From an uncultured Bacillota bacterium (GTDB lineage: Bacteria > Bacillota > Dehalobacteriia > UBA7702), in NCBI GenBank assembly GCA_934702375.1, contig CAKUYE010000001.1:11275-75274 (forward strand): a stretch of 64,000 nucleotides of DNA. The letters are read 5' to 3'. Shown here one piece after another: positions 19,563 through 29,102 of this stretch. Position 1 is the first letter of the stretch; the number at the start of each line of letters is the position of its first letter. Position numbers and translations under genes: made by a program. The notes beneath the pieces are model-generated. The model was not told the DNA's origin, did not search any database, and saw only the letters and a list, made by a program, of their open reading frames with translations.

Positions 19563-20822
19563 TCAAGCTTTTTGACAGTAAGCAGCCATGGCCTTTCCGG
19601 CCTGATAGCCGGAGCAAAGAGCCGCCTGAATATTAAATCCACCGGTATAACCATCAATATCCATCACTTCACCGGCGAAAAACAGACCCTGTTTTTTCTT
19701 GGACATCATCGTCTTGGGATCAATCTCTTTAACCTTTACACCGCCGCCGGTCACAATGGCTTCCTCTGCTTTGTGGCAGCATTTCACGGTAAAGGGAAAA
19801 TGCTTCAGCAAGGAAAGAACTTTTTTCCGCTCCTCTTTATTGATCATACATCCTTTTTTAAAGGGATCCACCCCGGAAAGCTCCAGAAATACCGGGATCA
19901 TTTTCCTTGGGAGCAAACCTTCAAGGATATGGCGAAAATCCTTTTTGGAGAGGGCTTCAAAGTCCCGTTGCAAACGGTCGTCCAACTGCTTGTCGCTAAG
20001 AGCCGGTTTCAAGTCGATTTCCATAGCCAAAGGTGCGCGGTCTTCAATAAAATGCAGCGAAACACTGCGGCTGGCAGAAAGGATTACCGGACCGGACAAG
20101 CCATCGGCAGTGAAAACCATTTCTCCAAAGCGATGCTCCAGTACCTTCCCTCGGTGATAAATGGTAACGCCCACATTCCGCAGGCTCAGCCCTTCCATTT
20201 TACCGGCATAGTCTTCAACCACCGTCAACGGTACTAAAGAGGGAAACAGCGGCGTTACGGTGTGGCCGGCATCCTCAGCAAAGGTATAACCATCTCCAGT
20301 GGAGCCGGTCAAAGGATAAGAAATCCCACCGGTAGCCACCAACACGGCTGAAGCCGCCAAAGTGCGCCCCTTTACCTCCACAGCACAAACGGCATCCCCG
20401 TTAAAAAGGATGGCATCGGCCTCAGCTAAAAATTCCACCTTGGTTCCGGCACGACGAAGCTGGCGTTCCATACAGCCTACGATGTCCCGAGATTGATCGG
20501 AAACCGGAAAAACCCGGTTTCCCCGCTCGGTTTTTAAAGGAACCTCCCGTTCCTCAAACCAGTTTTGCACCGCAGAAGAAGGGAAATTTTTGTAAGCACT
20601 GTACAAAAACTTGCCGTTGCCGGGCATATGCTCCATAAAGGCTGCAATATCACTGTCATTCGTCACATTGCACCGCCCTTTCCCGGCAATCAACATTTTC
20701 TTTCCTAATTTTGCATTTTTTTCCAGCAGCGTAACCGGTACACCGCTTTGGGCCAGGATATAAGAGGCCATCATCCCGGCGGGCCCTCCGCCGATGACGA
20801 TGGCATTTTTTACTTGATTCAA
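19563..20822 (-). CDS. NAD(P)/FAD-dependent oxidoreductase, HI0933/BaiN-like flavoprotein
   Basis: N-terminal Rossmann VIGGGPAGMMA motif; 419 aa; family-typical C-terminal GG..D region. Confidence 0.7.
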   Translation of the reverse strand: MNQVKNAIVIGGGPAGMMASYILAQSGVPVTLLEKNAKLGKKMLIAGKGRCNVTNDSDIAAFMEHMPGNGKFLYSAYKNFPSSAVQNWFEEREVPLKTERGNRVFPVSDQSRDIVGCMERQLRRAGTKVEFLAEADAILFNGDAVCAVEVKGRTLAASAVLVATGGISYPLTGSTGDGYTFAEDAGHTVTPLFPSLVPLTVVEDYAGKMEGLSLRNVGVTIYHRGKVLEHRFGEMVFTADGLSGPVILSASRSVSLHFIEDRAPLAMEIDLKPALSDKQLDDRLQRDFEALSKKDFRHILEGLLPRKMIPVFLELSGVDPFKKGCMINKEERKKVLSLLKHFPFTVKCCHKAEEAIVTGGGVKVKEIDPKTMMSKKKQGLFFAGEVMDIDGYTGGFNIQAALCSGYQAGKAMAAYCQKA

Positions 20823-21589
20823 TTGGAAACCTCTCTGATAACTTTATTCTTTAATGTGCCGATCCCCTCTATCGTTACCGCCACCTCATCGCCAATGTGA
20901 AGTTCTCCCACACCGCTGGGAGTCCCCATAAGAATGAGATCTCCGGGGTTCAAGGTCATCACCTTGCTCAAGTAGCTTACCACCTGGGGTACGGAAAAAA
21001 TCATATCCTCCGTATTGGCTTGCTGACGTACTTCTCCGTTGACACAAAGGGTTATTTCCAGATGCTCCGGATCCAGATTCGTTTCGATCCAGGGACCAAC
21101 AGGCAAAAACGTATCAAAAGACTTGGAAATCGTCCACTGACCGTGGATGGGCTGAAGATTTCGAGCGGTAATATCATTGGCAATGGTATAGCCAAGAATG
21201 TAGTGAGCCGCTTCTGCCTCCCCGATGTACCGGGCACGACGACCAATCACCACCGCCAATTCCCCTTCGTAATCCATTTGTGTTACCAGCTCATGAGGGT
21301 AAACAATATTTTCACCGTCTCCGATCAATGCCGAAGAAGGCTTCATGAAAAAACTGGGTTTTTCCGGAGTCGGAATGCCCATTTCTTCCGCATGGTTTTT
21401 ATAATTTAATCCCAGACAAATCGCTTTTGAAGCATCCACCGGACAAAGAAGCCGCACCTCAGATAAGGGGAAACCGATCCCCTCGCGGATCGGCTTTTGA
21501 AAGATCGTCCCTGCAAGGGGATATGCCTTTTTGTGATCAATCATGCCATATTTTGGCAGGCTGTTATGAACAAAACGCGTCAATTTCAT
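20819..21589 (-). CDS. fumarylacetoacetate hydrolase (FAH) family protein
   Basis: 256 aa; KIICLGLNY-like motif (ICLGLNYKNH) and FAH-fold metal-binding Glu/Asp pattern. Confidence 0.7.
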   Translation of the reverse strand: MKLTRFVHNSLPKYGMIDHKKAYPLAGTIFQKPIREGIGFPLSEVRLLCPVDASKAICLGLNYKNHAEEMGIPTPEKPSFFMKPSSALIGDGENIVYPHELVTQMDYEGELAVVIGRRARYIGEAEAAHYILGYTIANDITARNLQPIHGQWTISKSFDTFLPVGPWIETNLDPEHLEITLCVNGEVRQQANTEDMIFSVPQVVSYLSKVMTLNPGDLILMGTPSGVGELHIGDEVAVTIEGIGTLKNKVIREVSN

Positions 21590-21605
21590 CGTTCACGCCT
21601 TCTTT

Positions 21606-22409
21606 TCATTTTTTATAAAAGGGATATTTATCCTTACGGCCGGGGCGTTTTTCCATCACCACCGGGCGGGATTTGGGGCGCACCGGTTTTTCCTTTACAT
21701 CACCGAGAAGCCGGCGTACCTCTTCTTTTTTCAAAAACCGCCACTCACCGACTTTCAAACCTTTCAGACTTAAAAAATCAAAGTTAGTGCGAGTAAGTTC
21801 CTCCACCGGGCAGCCGATAGCCTGAAACATTCGGCGGATCTGACGTTTTTTTCCTTCGTGGATTACCACTTCCCACTGGGTAATTTTCCCTTTTTTTGCC
21901 AAAAAACGAATTTTTGCCGGAGCAAAGGTTTCTTCCTCCAGCTCTAAGCCGTTTCGCAGCAGTGTCAATTTTTCTTCACTGGGAGAACCCTTTACCGAGA
22001 CACGATAAACCTTGTTGATTTCCCGGGAAGGATGAATCATTTTATTGGTAAAGCTGCCATCGTTGGTCAAAAGAAGCAAACCGGTGGTATCCATATCCAA
22101 ACGTCCCACCGGATACATACGCACATGCCAATCCGGAAGCAAATCCAAAACCGTAGGGCGATCGTGAGTATCGGTAACGGTGCAAAGATACCCCTTGGGC
22201 TTATACATCAGAACGTATATCTTCCGTTCCTTGCGTTCGACGGGTTTTCCGTCAACGGCAATTTTATCTTTACCAAAATCGGCTTTAGAGCCAAGAGTCG
22301 TTACCACTTTCCCGTTGACCGTTACATGACCTCCGGTAATCAATTCTTCGGCTTTTCTTCTTGAGGCCACACCGGCGGCAGCCAATAATTTCTGTAATCT
22401 TTCTTCCAT
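21606..22409 (-). CDS. rluB: rRNA pseudouridine synthase, RsuA/RluB family
   Basis: N-terminal S4 domain (RLQKLLAAAGVASRR); catalytic GRLDMDTTGLLLLTNDG motif; basic C-terminal tail. Confidence 0.75.
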   Translation of the reverse strand: MEERLQKLLAAAGVASRRKAEELITGGHVTVNGKVVTTLGSKADFGKDKIAVDGKPVERKERKIYVLMYKPKGYLCTVTDTHDRPTVLDLLPDWHVRMYPVGRLDMDTTGLLLLTNDGSFTNKMIHPSREINKVYRVSVKGSPSEEKLTLLRNGLELEEETFAPAKIRFLAKKGKITQWEVVIHEGKKRQIRRMFQAIGCPVEELTRTNFDFLSLKGLKVGEWRFLKKEEVRRLLGDVKEKPVRPKSRPVVMEKRPGRKDKYPFYKK

Positions 22410-22463
22410 AATTTCCTCCAATTTAATTATAAGAGGAAAGGAACCAATATACAAGACCTTTCT

Positions 22464-22994
22464 TTAAAAAAAGAGCTTCGTCACATAAAAAGCCGTAAAA
22501 AAAGCAACGAAATCTCCGATAAGCCCTACCCAAAGAGCATAGCGAAAGCGTTTGATGGCCACAGCACCAAAATAAACGGTGAGAACATAAAAGGTCGTTT
22601 CAGTGCTGCCCTGCATGATCGAAGCCATACGGCCAATAAAGGAATCCGGACCGTAATGCTGGATCAGCCCGGCAGTAAGCCCCAGTGAGCCGCTGCCGGA
22701 AAGAGGCCGCATCAGCGCCAGAGGAATCACCTCTGAGGGAATCCCCAGTCGAGTACAGAGCGGAGCGCAAGCCTTTTGGAGCAGGGACATCCCGCCGCCA
22801 TTGATGAAAATGGATACCGCCGTCAGCATAGCGATGAGAAACGGCAGAAGATTCCAGGTGAGAAGAAGCCCCTCCTTGGCTCCGTCGATAAACTCATCAT
22901 ACACCGAAACACCTCGATAATAGGCATAAAGAGGAACCGCCAAAAGAATCAGAGGAATGATCCAATCGGAAAGAGAAGCCAAAGCTGCTACCAT
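22464..22994 (-). CDS. spmB: spore maturation protein B
   Basis: 176 aa membrane protein with nucleoside-transporter/FeoB-associated Gate fold; paired with spmA immediately upstream. Confidence 0.7.
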   Translation of the reverse strand: MVAALASLSDWIIPLILLAVPLYAYYRGVSVYDEFIDGAKEGLLLTWNLLPFLIAMLTAVSIFINGGGMSLLQKACAPLCTRLGIPSEVIPLALMRPLSGSGSLGLTAGLIQHYGPDSFIGRMASIMQGSTETTFYVLTVYFGAVAIKRFRYALWVGLIGDFVAFFTAFYVTKLFF

Positions 22995-23590
22995 TTTTTA
23001 CGCCTCCCCTTTGCAAAGAGATGGGAGGCAATGAGAGCCGCTGCCAACCCGGCACAGGAAGCCAGTAACGAGGGAATGATGATCTCCGCCGCATTGGCAC
23101 TGCCGGCTTCGGCACGAATCCCCAGAATCATGCCGGGCATCAAACTCACCGCCGAGGTATTCAACGCCAAAAAGGTAATCATTTCCTTTGTTGCCGTCCC
23201 TTTATTCTTATTGGTAGCCTCCAGCTCTTTCATGGCCTGAATGCCAAAGGGAGTGGCAGCATTGCCCAAACCGAGAAAATTCGCGGAGAAATTCATTACC
23301 ATCGGCGCCCAGGCTTTGTGCTCTCGTGGGAGATCTCGGAAAAGAGGACGCACCAAAGGATAGACCAACCGGGAAAAACGATCCAACAGCCCCGAGCCTT
23401 CTGCCAACCGCATGATGCCGGACCAGAGAGAAAGAAAAGCCGCAAGACCAATGATCATTTCAATGGCATTGGTGGCCCCCTCTAAAACCGAAGGAAATAC
23501 CACTGCCGTTTTACCCGTTACAATCGCAGCCAAAATACCGCCGCAAAGCAAAAACAGCCAAATCGGATTCATCATAGGAAAACACCTCAT
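22988..23590 (-). CDS. spmA: spore maturation protein A
   Basis: 200 aa membrane protein, SpmA family; canonical spmA-spmB order. Confidence 0.7.
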   Translation of the reverse strand: MRCFPMMNPIWLFLLCGGILAAIVTGKTAVVFPSVLEGATNAIEMIIGLAAFLSLWSGIMRLAEGSGLLDRFSRLVYPLVRPLFRDLPREHKAWAPMVMNFSANFLGLGNAATPFGIQAMKELEATNKNKGTATKEMITFLALNTSAVSLMPGMILGIRAEAGSANAAEIIIPSLLASCAGLAAALIASHLFAKGRRKKW

Positions 23591-23708
23591 CCCATCTTAC
23601 GGCAAAATATTTCAGAATATGTCCGAAAAGTTGCACCGATCCAATGAGACAAACATAGGATAAAGTATAGACAGGTACTTGCCGTACCAAAACAAAGGAG
23701 GTGTGCTT

Positions 23709-23849
23709 ATGTTCCCGTTCCTTTTCTGGCCCTTCTGGGGTCCCTGGGGCTGGGGTGGCTGGGGCTGCCGCGGCTGGGGATGGGGCAGCTGCGGCGGTTG
23801 CAACTGCGGCTGTAACTGCTGTAACAACCAATGCGGCTGCTGCCGTTAA
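23709..23849 (+). CDS. small Trp/Gly/Cys-rich peptide (46 aa: MFPFLFWPFWGPWGWGGWGCRGWGWGSCGGCNCGCNCCNNQCGCCR)
   Basis: ATG 7 nt after a strong AAAGGAGGTG RBS; ORF is in a different frame from the 174-aa GTG track ORF; followed by its own rho-independent terminator; candidate sigma-K-like -10 CATAGGATA upstream. Confidence 0.55.
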   Translation: MFPFLFWPFWGPWGWGGWGCRGWGWGSCGGCNCGCNCCNNQCGCCR

Positions 23850-23862
23850 CATAAAATATTCG

Positions 23863-23899
23863 GAGGCAGAGAAATTCTCTGCTTCCGTTTTCTGTTGTA
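23863..23899 (+). terminator. rho-independent terminator after the small Cys-rich peptide gene
   Basis: GGAGGCAGAGA-AAT-TCTCTGCTTCC (11 bp, one G-U) then GTTTTCTGTTGT. Confidence 0.7.
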
Positions 23900-23967
23900 T
23901 AAAAGCCAATGTATCACCGTTATCGGTAATGAGATTATTAAAGATAGAAAAACCTTTGATTTCCTCT

Positions 23968-24395
23968 TTAAAACACGTAAGGGGGTTCACCGGAAAAATC
24001 GGCAATCAAACCGTGGGCATCTTCCAGATAAAAGACTTCCAAAAGAGGATTGGTCGCTTCTCCATATTGCCCTTTTACAATCGGGTTTTGGATACACATT
24101 TCTTTGGCTGCCATATTATTTTCAAACACAGCCTTACCATGCAGACGGATCCATGCATATTCCGGACTGGAAACAGAGATTTCTATTTCCGGATTTTCCT
24201 GCATATCCCGAAAACCTCTTTCTGATTATTTGTACAAAACCACAATTTCCCCTCAAGTTCACCGGCAAACATAAAAGGACGGCATTTGGCCTTACCGTCA
24301 CGCCCAACAGTCGCTAAATACTGCACAGGATTTGCATTGAGAAATTCTATAACCTTTTTCATGAATGGCACCTCCAAAATACTTTTCAACAACAA
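23968..24395 (-). pseudogene. pyridoxamine 5'-phosphate oxidase-like FMN-binding protein (general stress protein 26 family), split by a -1 frameshift
   Basis: Track ORFs 24183-24395 and 23968-24204 together reconstruct one about 135-aa PNPOx-like protein; the break is at TTTTCGGG where TTTTCCGGG is expected. Confidence 0.6.
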
Positions 24396-24547
24396 GGATT
24401 GATTTTTCCTCTCGTTGATAGTATAATATCACCGTAAGCCCCATTCGTAAAGTAAGCACAATATTGTGCCGTAGTTACCCAAAAGATACCATTGCACCAT
24501 TTCATAGCTTTTATGTCCTTATACTCCAAAATATCGAGGTGATATAT

Positions 24548-24926
24548 ATGAATCAGACAGAGGTTAATAACGATCTCCCGGCTTGTCCCGTAGAAACAAC
24601 GCTGACTTTGATCGGAGACAAATGGAAGGTTCTTGATCCTGCGCGACTTAATACCCGGGAAAAAACGATTTGGAGAACTGAAAAAGTCCATAGGTAAAGT
24701 CTCTCAAAAGGTGCTGACGGCACAACTTCGATCTATGGAGAAAAGCGGCCTTGTCCACCGTAAGGTTTACGCCGAGGTTCCGCCAAGGGTGGAATACTCT
24801 CTCACCGATCTGGGTGAAAGTCTCAAACCCATTCTGGATTCCATGTGGACATGGGGTGAAGAATACAAAAAACAACACGGTTTACCCAACAGGCAAACCG
24901 AGGAAACTTCTCCTCAAAATATATAA
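24548..24926 (+). pseudogene. HxlR-family transcriptional regulator, split by a +1 frameshift
   Basis: MNQTEV...CPVETTLTLIGDKWKV in one frame continues as ILRDLIPGKKRFGELKK... in the next; junction GGTTCTTGATCCTG where GGTTCTGATCCTG would be in frame; divergent from the PNPOx-like gene, a common pairing. Confidence 0.6.
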
Positions 24927-24949
24927 AGCAAAACACAAAGAACGGTTCT

Positions 24950-25030
24950 ATAAAAAACACCGTGCAGGATTCCTGCACGGTATCAAACAACAGGCGGATA
25001 AAGAGATTCTTTATCCGCCTGATTCATTTC
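24950..25030. terminator. two tandem perfect hairpins forming a bidirectional terminator between the HxlR gene (+) and purA (-)
   Basis: CCGTGCAGG-ATT-CCTGCACGG and CAGGCGGATAAAGA-GATT-CTTTATCCGCCTG, flanked by A-run and T-rich sequence. Confidence 0.65.
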
Positions 25031-25050
25031 ATAAAAACTCTGTGGGCAAA

Positions 25051-26340
25051 TTATTTACATTGGGAACAATCGCGAATAATCGTCTGATGCCGTTCCGGCC
25101 CAACCGCAACAATACCTACCGGAGCACCGGTCAACTCTTCCACACGGCGAATATAGGCTTTGGCATTTTCAGGCAATTCATCGTAAGAGCGACAGCCGGT
25201 AATATCCTCGTTCCAACCGGGTAACGTTTCGTAGATCGGTTCACATTTTTCCATGCGAATCAACGATGCAGGGAATTCCGAAAGGTTTTCTTCCCCATAG
25301 CGATAACCGACACAAACCTTAATTTCATTCAGATCATCCAGAACATCCAGTTTTGTCAAAGCAAGTTCCGTTACACCGCTTACCCGCACGCTGTAACGAA
25401 GCATCACAGCATCAAGCCATCCACAGCGGCGAGGACGTCCTGTCGTTACGCCATACTCTCCACCGGTCTTGCGAAGCTGCTCACCCATTTCATCGAAAAG
25501 CTCTGTGGGGAAGGGGCCGGCTCCTACTCTCGTAGTATAAGCCTTTGCTACACCGACAACGCTGTCGATCTTTGTAGGCCCTACACCGGTGCCGGTCAAA
25601 GCACCGCCGGCACAAGGCGAGGAGGACGTTACAAAAGGATACGTTCCGTGGTCAATATCAAGATGCACAGCCTGCGCTCCTTCAAAAAGAATATTCTTTC
25701 CGGCTTTGATGGCTTCATCAAGAAGCAACGAAGTATCCGCAACATAAGGACGAATCCGATCCGCCAAAGCTTCGAATTCCACAAGAATATCTTCTTCCTT
25801 GAAAGGTTCTTTTTCGTATACTTTTTCTAAAATGATATTTTTTTGAGGAAGCACATTTTTCAGCTTTCTTTTGAATTCGGAAAAATCCATAAGATCGCAA
25901 ATGCGAATCCCCACACGATTTACTTTATCGGAGTAAGCAGGACCGATCCCACGTTTGGTCGTACCGATCTTGGCATCTCCTTTTGCCTCTTCTTCCAGTC
26001 CGTCAAAAAGCTTGTGATAAGGCATGATCAAGTGTGCACGATCAGAAATACGGAAGTGATCGAAAGAAACACCGCGTGCCTTTAACTGACCCATTTCGTC
26101 AAGAAGCACCGCTAAATCAACGACAACACCATTACCAACGACATTCAGGCTGTCTTTATTAAGGATTCCTGACGGTATCAGATGAAGCTTATACTCCTCC
26201 CCCTCACTGATCACGGTGTGACCGGCGTTGTTACCGCCTTGAGAGCGAACGACCACATCAGAGCGTTCTGCCAGGAAATCTGTGACTTTACCTTTGCCTT
26301 CGTCCCCCCACTGGGAACCGATCAAAATAATAGCAGGCAT
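25051..26340 (-). CDS. purA: adenylosuccinate synthetase
   Basis: 429 aa; N-terminal GSQWGDEGKGK P-loop and GNNAGHTV motif. Confidence 0.95.
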   Translation of the reverse strand: MPAIILIGSQWGDEGKGKVTDFLAERSDVVVRSQGGNNAGHTVISEGEEYKLHLIPSGILNKDSLNVVGNGVVVDLAVLLDEMGQLKARGVSFDHFRISDRAHLIMPYHKLFDGLEEEAKGDAKIGTTKRGIGPAYSDKVNRVGIRICDLMDFSEFKRKLKNVLPQKNIILEKVYEKEPFKEEDILVEFEALADRIRPYVADTSLLLDEAIKAGKNILFEGAQAVHLDIDHGTYPFVTSSSPCAGGALTGTGVGPTKIDSVVGVAKAYTTRVGAGPFPTELFDEMGEQLRKTGGEYGVTTGRPRRCGWLDAVMLRYSVRVSGVTELALTKLDVLDDLNEIKVCVGYRYGEENLSEFPASLIRMEKCEPIYETLPGWNEDITGCRSYDELPENAKAYIRRVEELTGAPVGIVAVGPERHQTIIRDCSQCK

Positions 26341-26443
26341 GAAATAAGACCGCCTTTCTTCTTAAACCTGTGCGTACGCGCACAGATTAATTATATCGAA
26401 TATATGTAATGATGTCAACGACTATATCGCATTTTTATCATTA

Positions 26444-27523
26444 TTATTCATCACCGAAACTGATACCCACAGCCCGTGCCGCCGCGACGATATCACCATC
26501 GGGATCAACCTTTTTCAACACCCGGATAGAATCTTCAATGGGCACACGTTCAATCCGATCATTACGAAGGCAAACAAGAACATCATTTTCCCCGGCCAAA
26601 GCCGCTTGGGCTGCGGCAACTCCATATCGAGTCGATAAAATCCGATCAAAAGGCGCCGGACTCCCGCCACGCTGCAAATGTCCCAAAACGGTACAACGAG
26701 TTTCGCACCCGCCGCTTTCGGCAAGAAGCTTTGCCACAGCATTACCGATACCACCCAATTTTTCCGGATTATAAAGGTTGCCTTCATTTTCCCCTTCGGT
26801 AACGATTTTTCCGTTTAATTTCGCTCCCTCAGCAACAACCACAATGCTAAACGCAGTTCCCCGGGCTTTACGTTCTTCTATTTTTTTCAGGATACCATCT
26901 ATGGTAAAAGGGATCTCCGGAATCAGGATCACATCGGCACCGCCGGCCAAACCGGCATAAAGGGCAATAAAACCGGCATCACGTCCCATCAACTCTAAAA
27001 CCATTACCCTGTGGTGGCTTTCCGCCGTGGTATGAAGCTTATCAATGGCATCGGTTGCTGTATTTACCGCTGTTTCAAAGCCAAAGGTACGGTCAGTTGC
27101 CGAAAGATCATTGTCAATGGTTTTGGGAACGCCGATCACCCGCAGCCCCTTTGCCGCCAATTCATGGGTGATGGCCATGGTTCCGTCACCGCCAATCACG
27201 ATAAGACAATCAATGCCTAAAGATCGGGTGTTGGCAATGATTTCATCACTTACATCTTCATAAGTAACATGACCATCCTTTTCCACGCGATAATGGAAAG
27301 GATTATCACGATTTGTCGTTTTTAAAATCGTACCGCCCTTGGGCAGAATTCCCCGAACGCTTTCCGGCGTCAAAATGCCGTAATCCAATTCCTTCAACCC
27401 TTTATAACCGCTGAAGAAACCATATACCTCCGCACCTTCCCGACATAGGGTTTTCACCGCACCGCGTATCACCGGGTTCAAACCGGGGCAATCTCCGCCG
27501 CCGCACAGAATACCTATCTTCAT
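26444..27523 (-). CDS. pfkA: 6-phosphofructokinase
   Basis: MKIGILCGGGDCPGLN N-terminus and PFK family GGDGS/MGR motifs; start at internal ATG with GGAAAGGTGG RBS. Confidence 0.85.
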   Translation of the reverse strand: MKIGILCGGGDCPGLNPVIRGAVKTLCREGAEVYGFFSGYKGLKELDYGILTPESVRGILPKGGTILKTTNRDNPFHYRVEKDGHVTYEDVSDEIIANTRSLGIDCLIVIGGDGTMAITHELAAKGLRVIGVPKTIDNDLSATDRTFGFETAVNTATDAIDKLHTTAESHHRVMVLELMGRDAGFIALYAGLAGGADVILIPEIPFTIDGILKKIEERKARGTAFSIVVVAEGAKLNGKIVTEGENEGNLYNPEKLGGIGNAVAKLLAESGGCETRCTVLGHLQRGGSPAPFDRILSTRYGVAAAQAALAGENDVLVCLRNDRIERVPIEDSIRVLKKVDPDGDIVAAARAVGISFGDE

Positions 27524-27761
27524 CCGGAACACCACCTTTCCTTATTATCATATTTTATCATAAATCAACAAAAAAGAGTTGCGATTTTATGTCTATTTCC
27601 CAAAAATCATTTCTTGCAAAAATAATTTTTGAGATATTTTCCAAGCATTTCTTTTTGTCATTGCCCCTGCTTGAGTTGAAATTTTAACATTTCCTCAGCT
27701 TTTATGCCATCAAAATTACTTCAATACCGATAAGATTTTCTTATTTATGCTGTTGAAAGCA

Positions 27762-27790
27762 TTGACAACAAGAGCTTTTTTCTATATAAT
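27762..27790 (+). promoter_or_regulatory. consensus sigma-A promoter of nhaA (TTGACA-17-TATAAT)
   Basis: Perfect hexamers with 17-nt spacer, about 80 nt upstream of the nhaA ATG; the 5' UTR carries a 12-bp direct repeat TTCTTAACAAAG (27815 and 27839). Confidence 0.6.
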
Positions 27791-27872
27791 ATTCAGCAAA
27801 CATCTTTTGTTAAATTTTCTTAACAAAGCCATCATATTTCTTAACAAAGAAATAAAAGGAGGAAGCTTACAT

Positions 27873-29102
27873 ATGCGTCAACACACAAAGAAAATACTGA
27901 GTATCGTAAAAACATATTCGCTGCCTCTGTTTTTAGGGATCCTCATGGCTCTTATTTGGGCAAATACAGCTCCCGAAAGCTACCGCCATTTTGTTGAACT
28001 GGAGGTATTTCATGGAATTACCATCCACTTCATAGTAAAAGAAATCTTTATGCCTCTTTTCTTTGGCATTGCAATGGCAGAGATCGTTGTCGCGATACGC
28101 CCCGGAGGCGCCATGTATCCCCTGCAAAAAGCAATCAATCCCTTAATGGCTACCGCAGGCGGAGTGATTGGCCCTATCGTAATCTACTTTATACTGGCAG
28201 TACTTTGCAATGGTCTTGCCTATCGCCACGGTTGGGGGATCGTTACCGCAACAGATATCGCCATTGCCTGGCTTGGGGCAAAACTGATTTTTGGAGAAGA
28301 TCATCCCGCCGTTAAATACTTGTTGCTTTTGGCGGTAGCGGACGATGCCATAGGTCTTGTGATCATCGGCGTATTTTATCCTTCCGCTCCGGTAGAACTC
28401 CCTTATTTGACACTTTGTCTATTGGGTATGGTCATTGCCTATCTGCTTCGCCGTTTCCACATTTTAAATCATCTTGCTTACCTTTTGCTGGCAGGAATCC
28501 CATGTTGGTTCGGTCTTCACCTTGCCAATATTGAACCGGCATTGGCTCTCGTTTTTGTTGTACCGTTTATGCCCTCCCACCATCAAAAAAAGGCATGGGA
28601 AAAAGAAAACAAATGCCCCGCAAATGCAGAAATTTTCACATTGGAAAGCTTCTATCAAAACTGGAAACCCGTCGTCGATTACGGACTATTCTTTTTTGGT
28701 CTGGTCAGCGCCGGAGTACATTTTTCTCAAATCAATATCGTAACGATTCTCATTATCCTTTCACTGTTGCTGGGAAAAGCATTGGGAATCACAACTTGCG
28801 GCATTCTTGGCGTCAAATTAGGATTTGCACTTCCCCAGGGGATGACAAAAAAAGATCTTTGCCTGGTAGGGATCGTAGCCGGGGCAGGACTTACCGTTGC
28901 ATTGTTCATCTGCGACGCCGCTTTTGAAAGTTTATTTATCATTAATGCAGCAAAAATGGGTGCACTGTTCAGTTTGGCAGCCATTCCTCTCGGTTACGCT
29001 GCATCTCGAATACTGAGACGGAAAGAAAATAGAAAAATGGCTTCCTTGAAGGAAAAAGAAACAATCCGCAAAATCCCGGCAAAAGAAATATACGAAAACT
29101 AA
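27873..29102 (+). CDS. nhaA: Na+/H+ antiporter NhaA
   Basis: 409 aa; NhaA family TM topology and conserved DD pair (LLLAVADDAIG); GGAGGAAG RBS before the ATG at 27873. Confidence 0.85.
   Translation: MRQHTKKILSIVKTYSLPLFLGILMALIWANTAPESYRHFVELEVFHGITIHFIVKEIFMPLFFGIAMAEIVVAIRPGGAMYPLQKAINPLMATAGGVIGPIVIYFILAVLCNGLAYRHGWGIVTATDIAIAWLGAKLIFGEDHPAVKYLLLLAVADDAIGLVIIGVFYPSAPVELPYLTLCLLGMVIAYLLRRFHILNHLAYLLLAGIPCWFGLHLANIEPALALVFVVPFMPSHHQKKAWEKENKCPANAEIFTLESFYQNWKPVVDYGLFFFGLVSAGVHFSQINIVTILIILSLLLGKALGITTCGILGVKLGFALPQGMTKKDLCLVGIVAGAGLTVALFICDAAFESLFIINAAKMGALFSLAAIPLGYAASRILRRKENRKMASLKEKETIRKIPAKEIYEN

Noticed and set aside
19464-20237. 257-aa plus-strand ORF and 152-aa ORF at 19699
   Set aside because: Antisense to the BaiN-like flavoprotein gene.
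23511-24005. 164-aa minus-strand ORF and 174-aa GTG plus-strand ORF spanning the GC-rich hexamer repeat
   Set aside because: Both are low-complexity Ala/Pro/Gln-rich translations of the TGGGGC-type repeat. The alternative frame has a canonical RBS and ATG and ends at a terminator, so the 46-aa peptide is preferred.
26360-26390. Hairpin CTGTGCG-TACG-CGCACAG between pfkA and purA as a terminator
   Set aside because: Perfect 7-bp stem but no adequate U-run on either strand; may be a weak or auxiliary element only.
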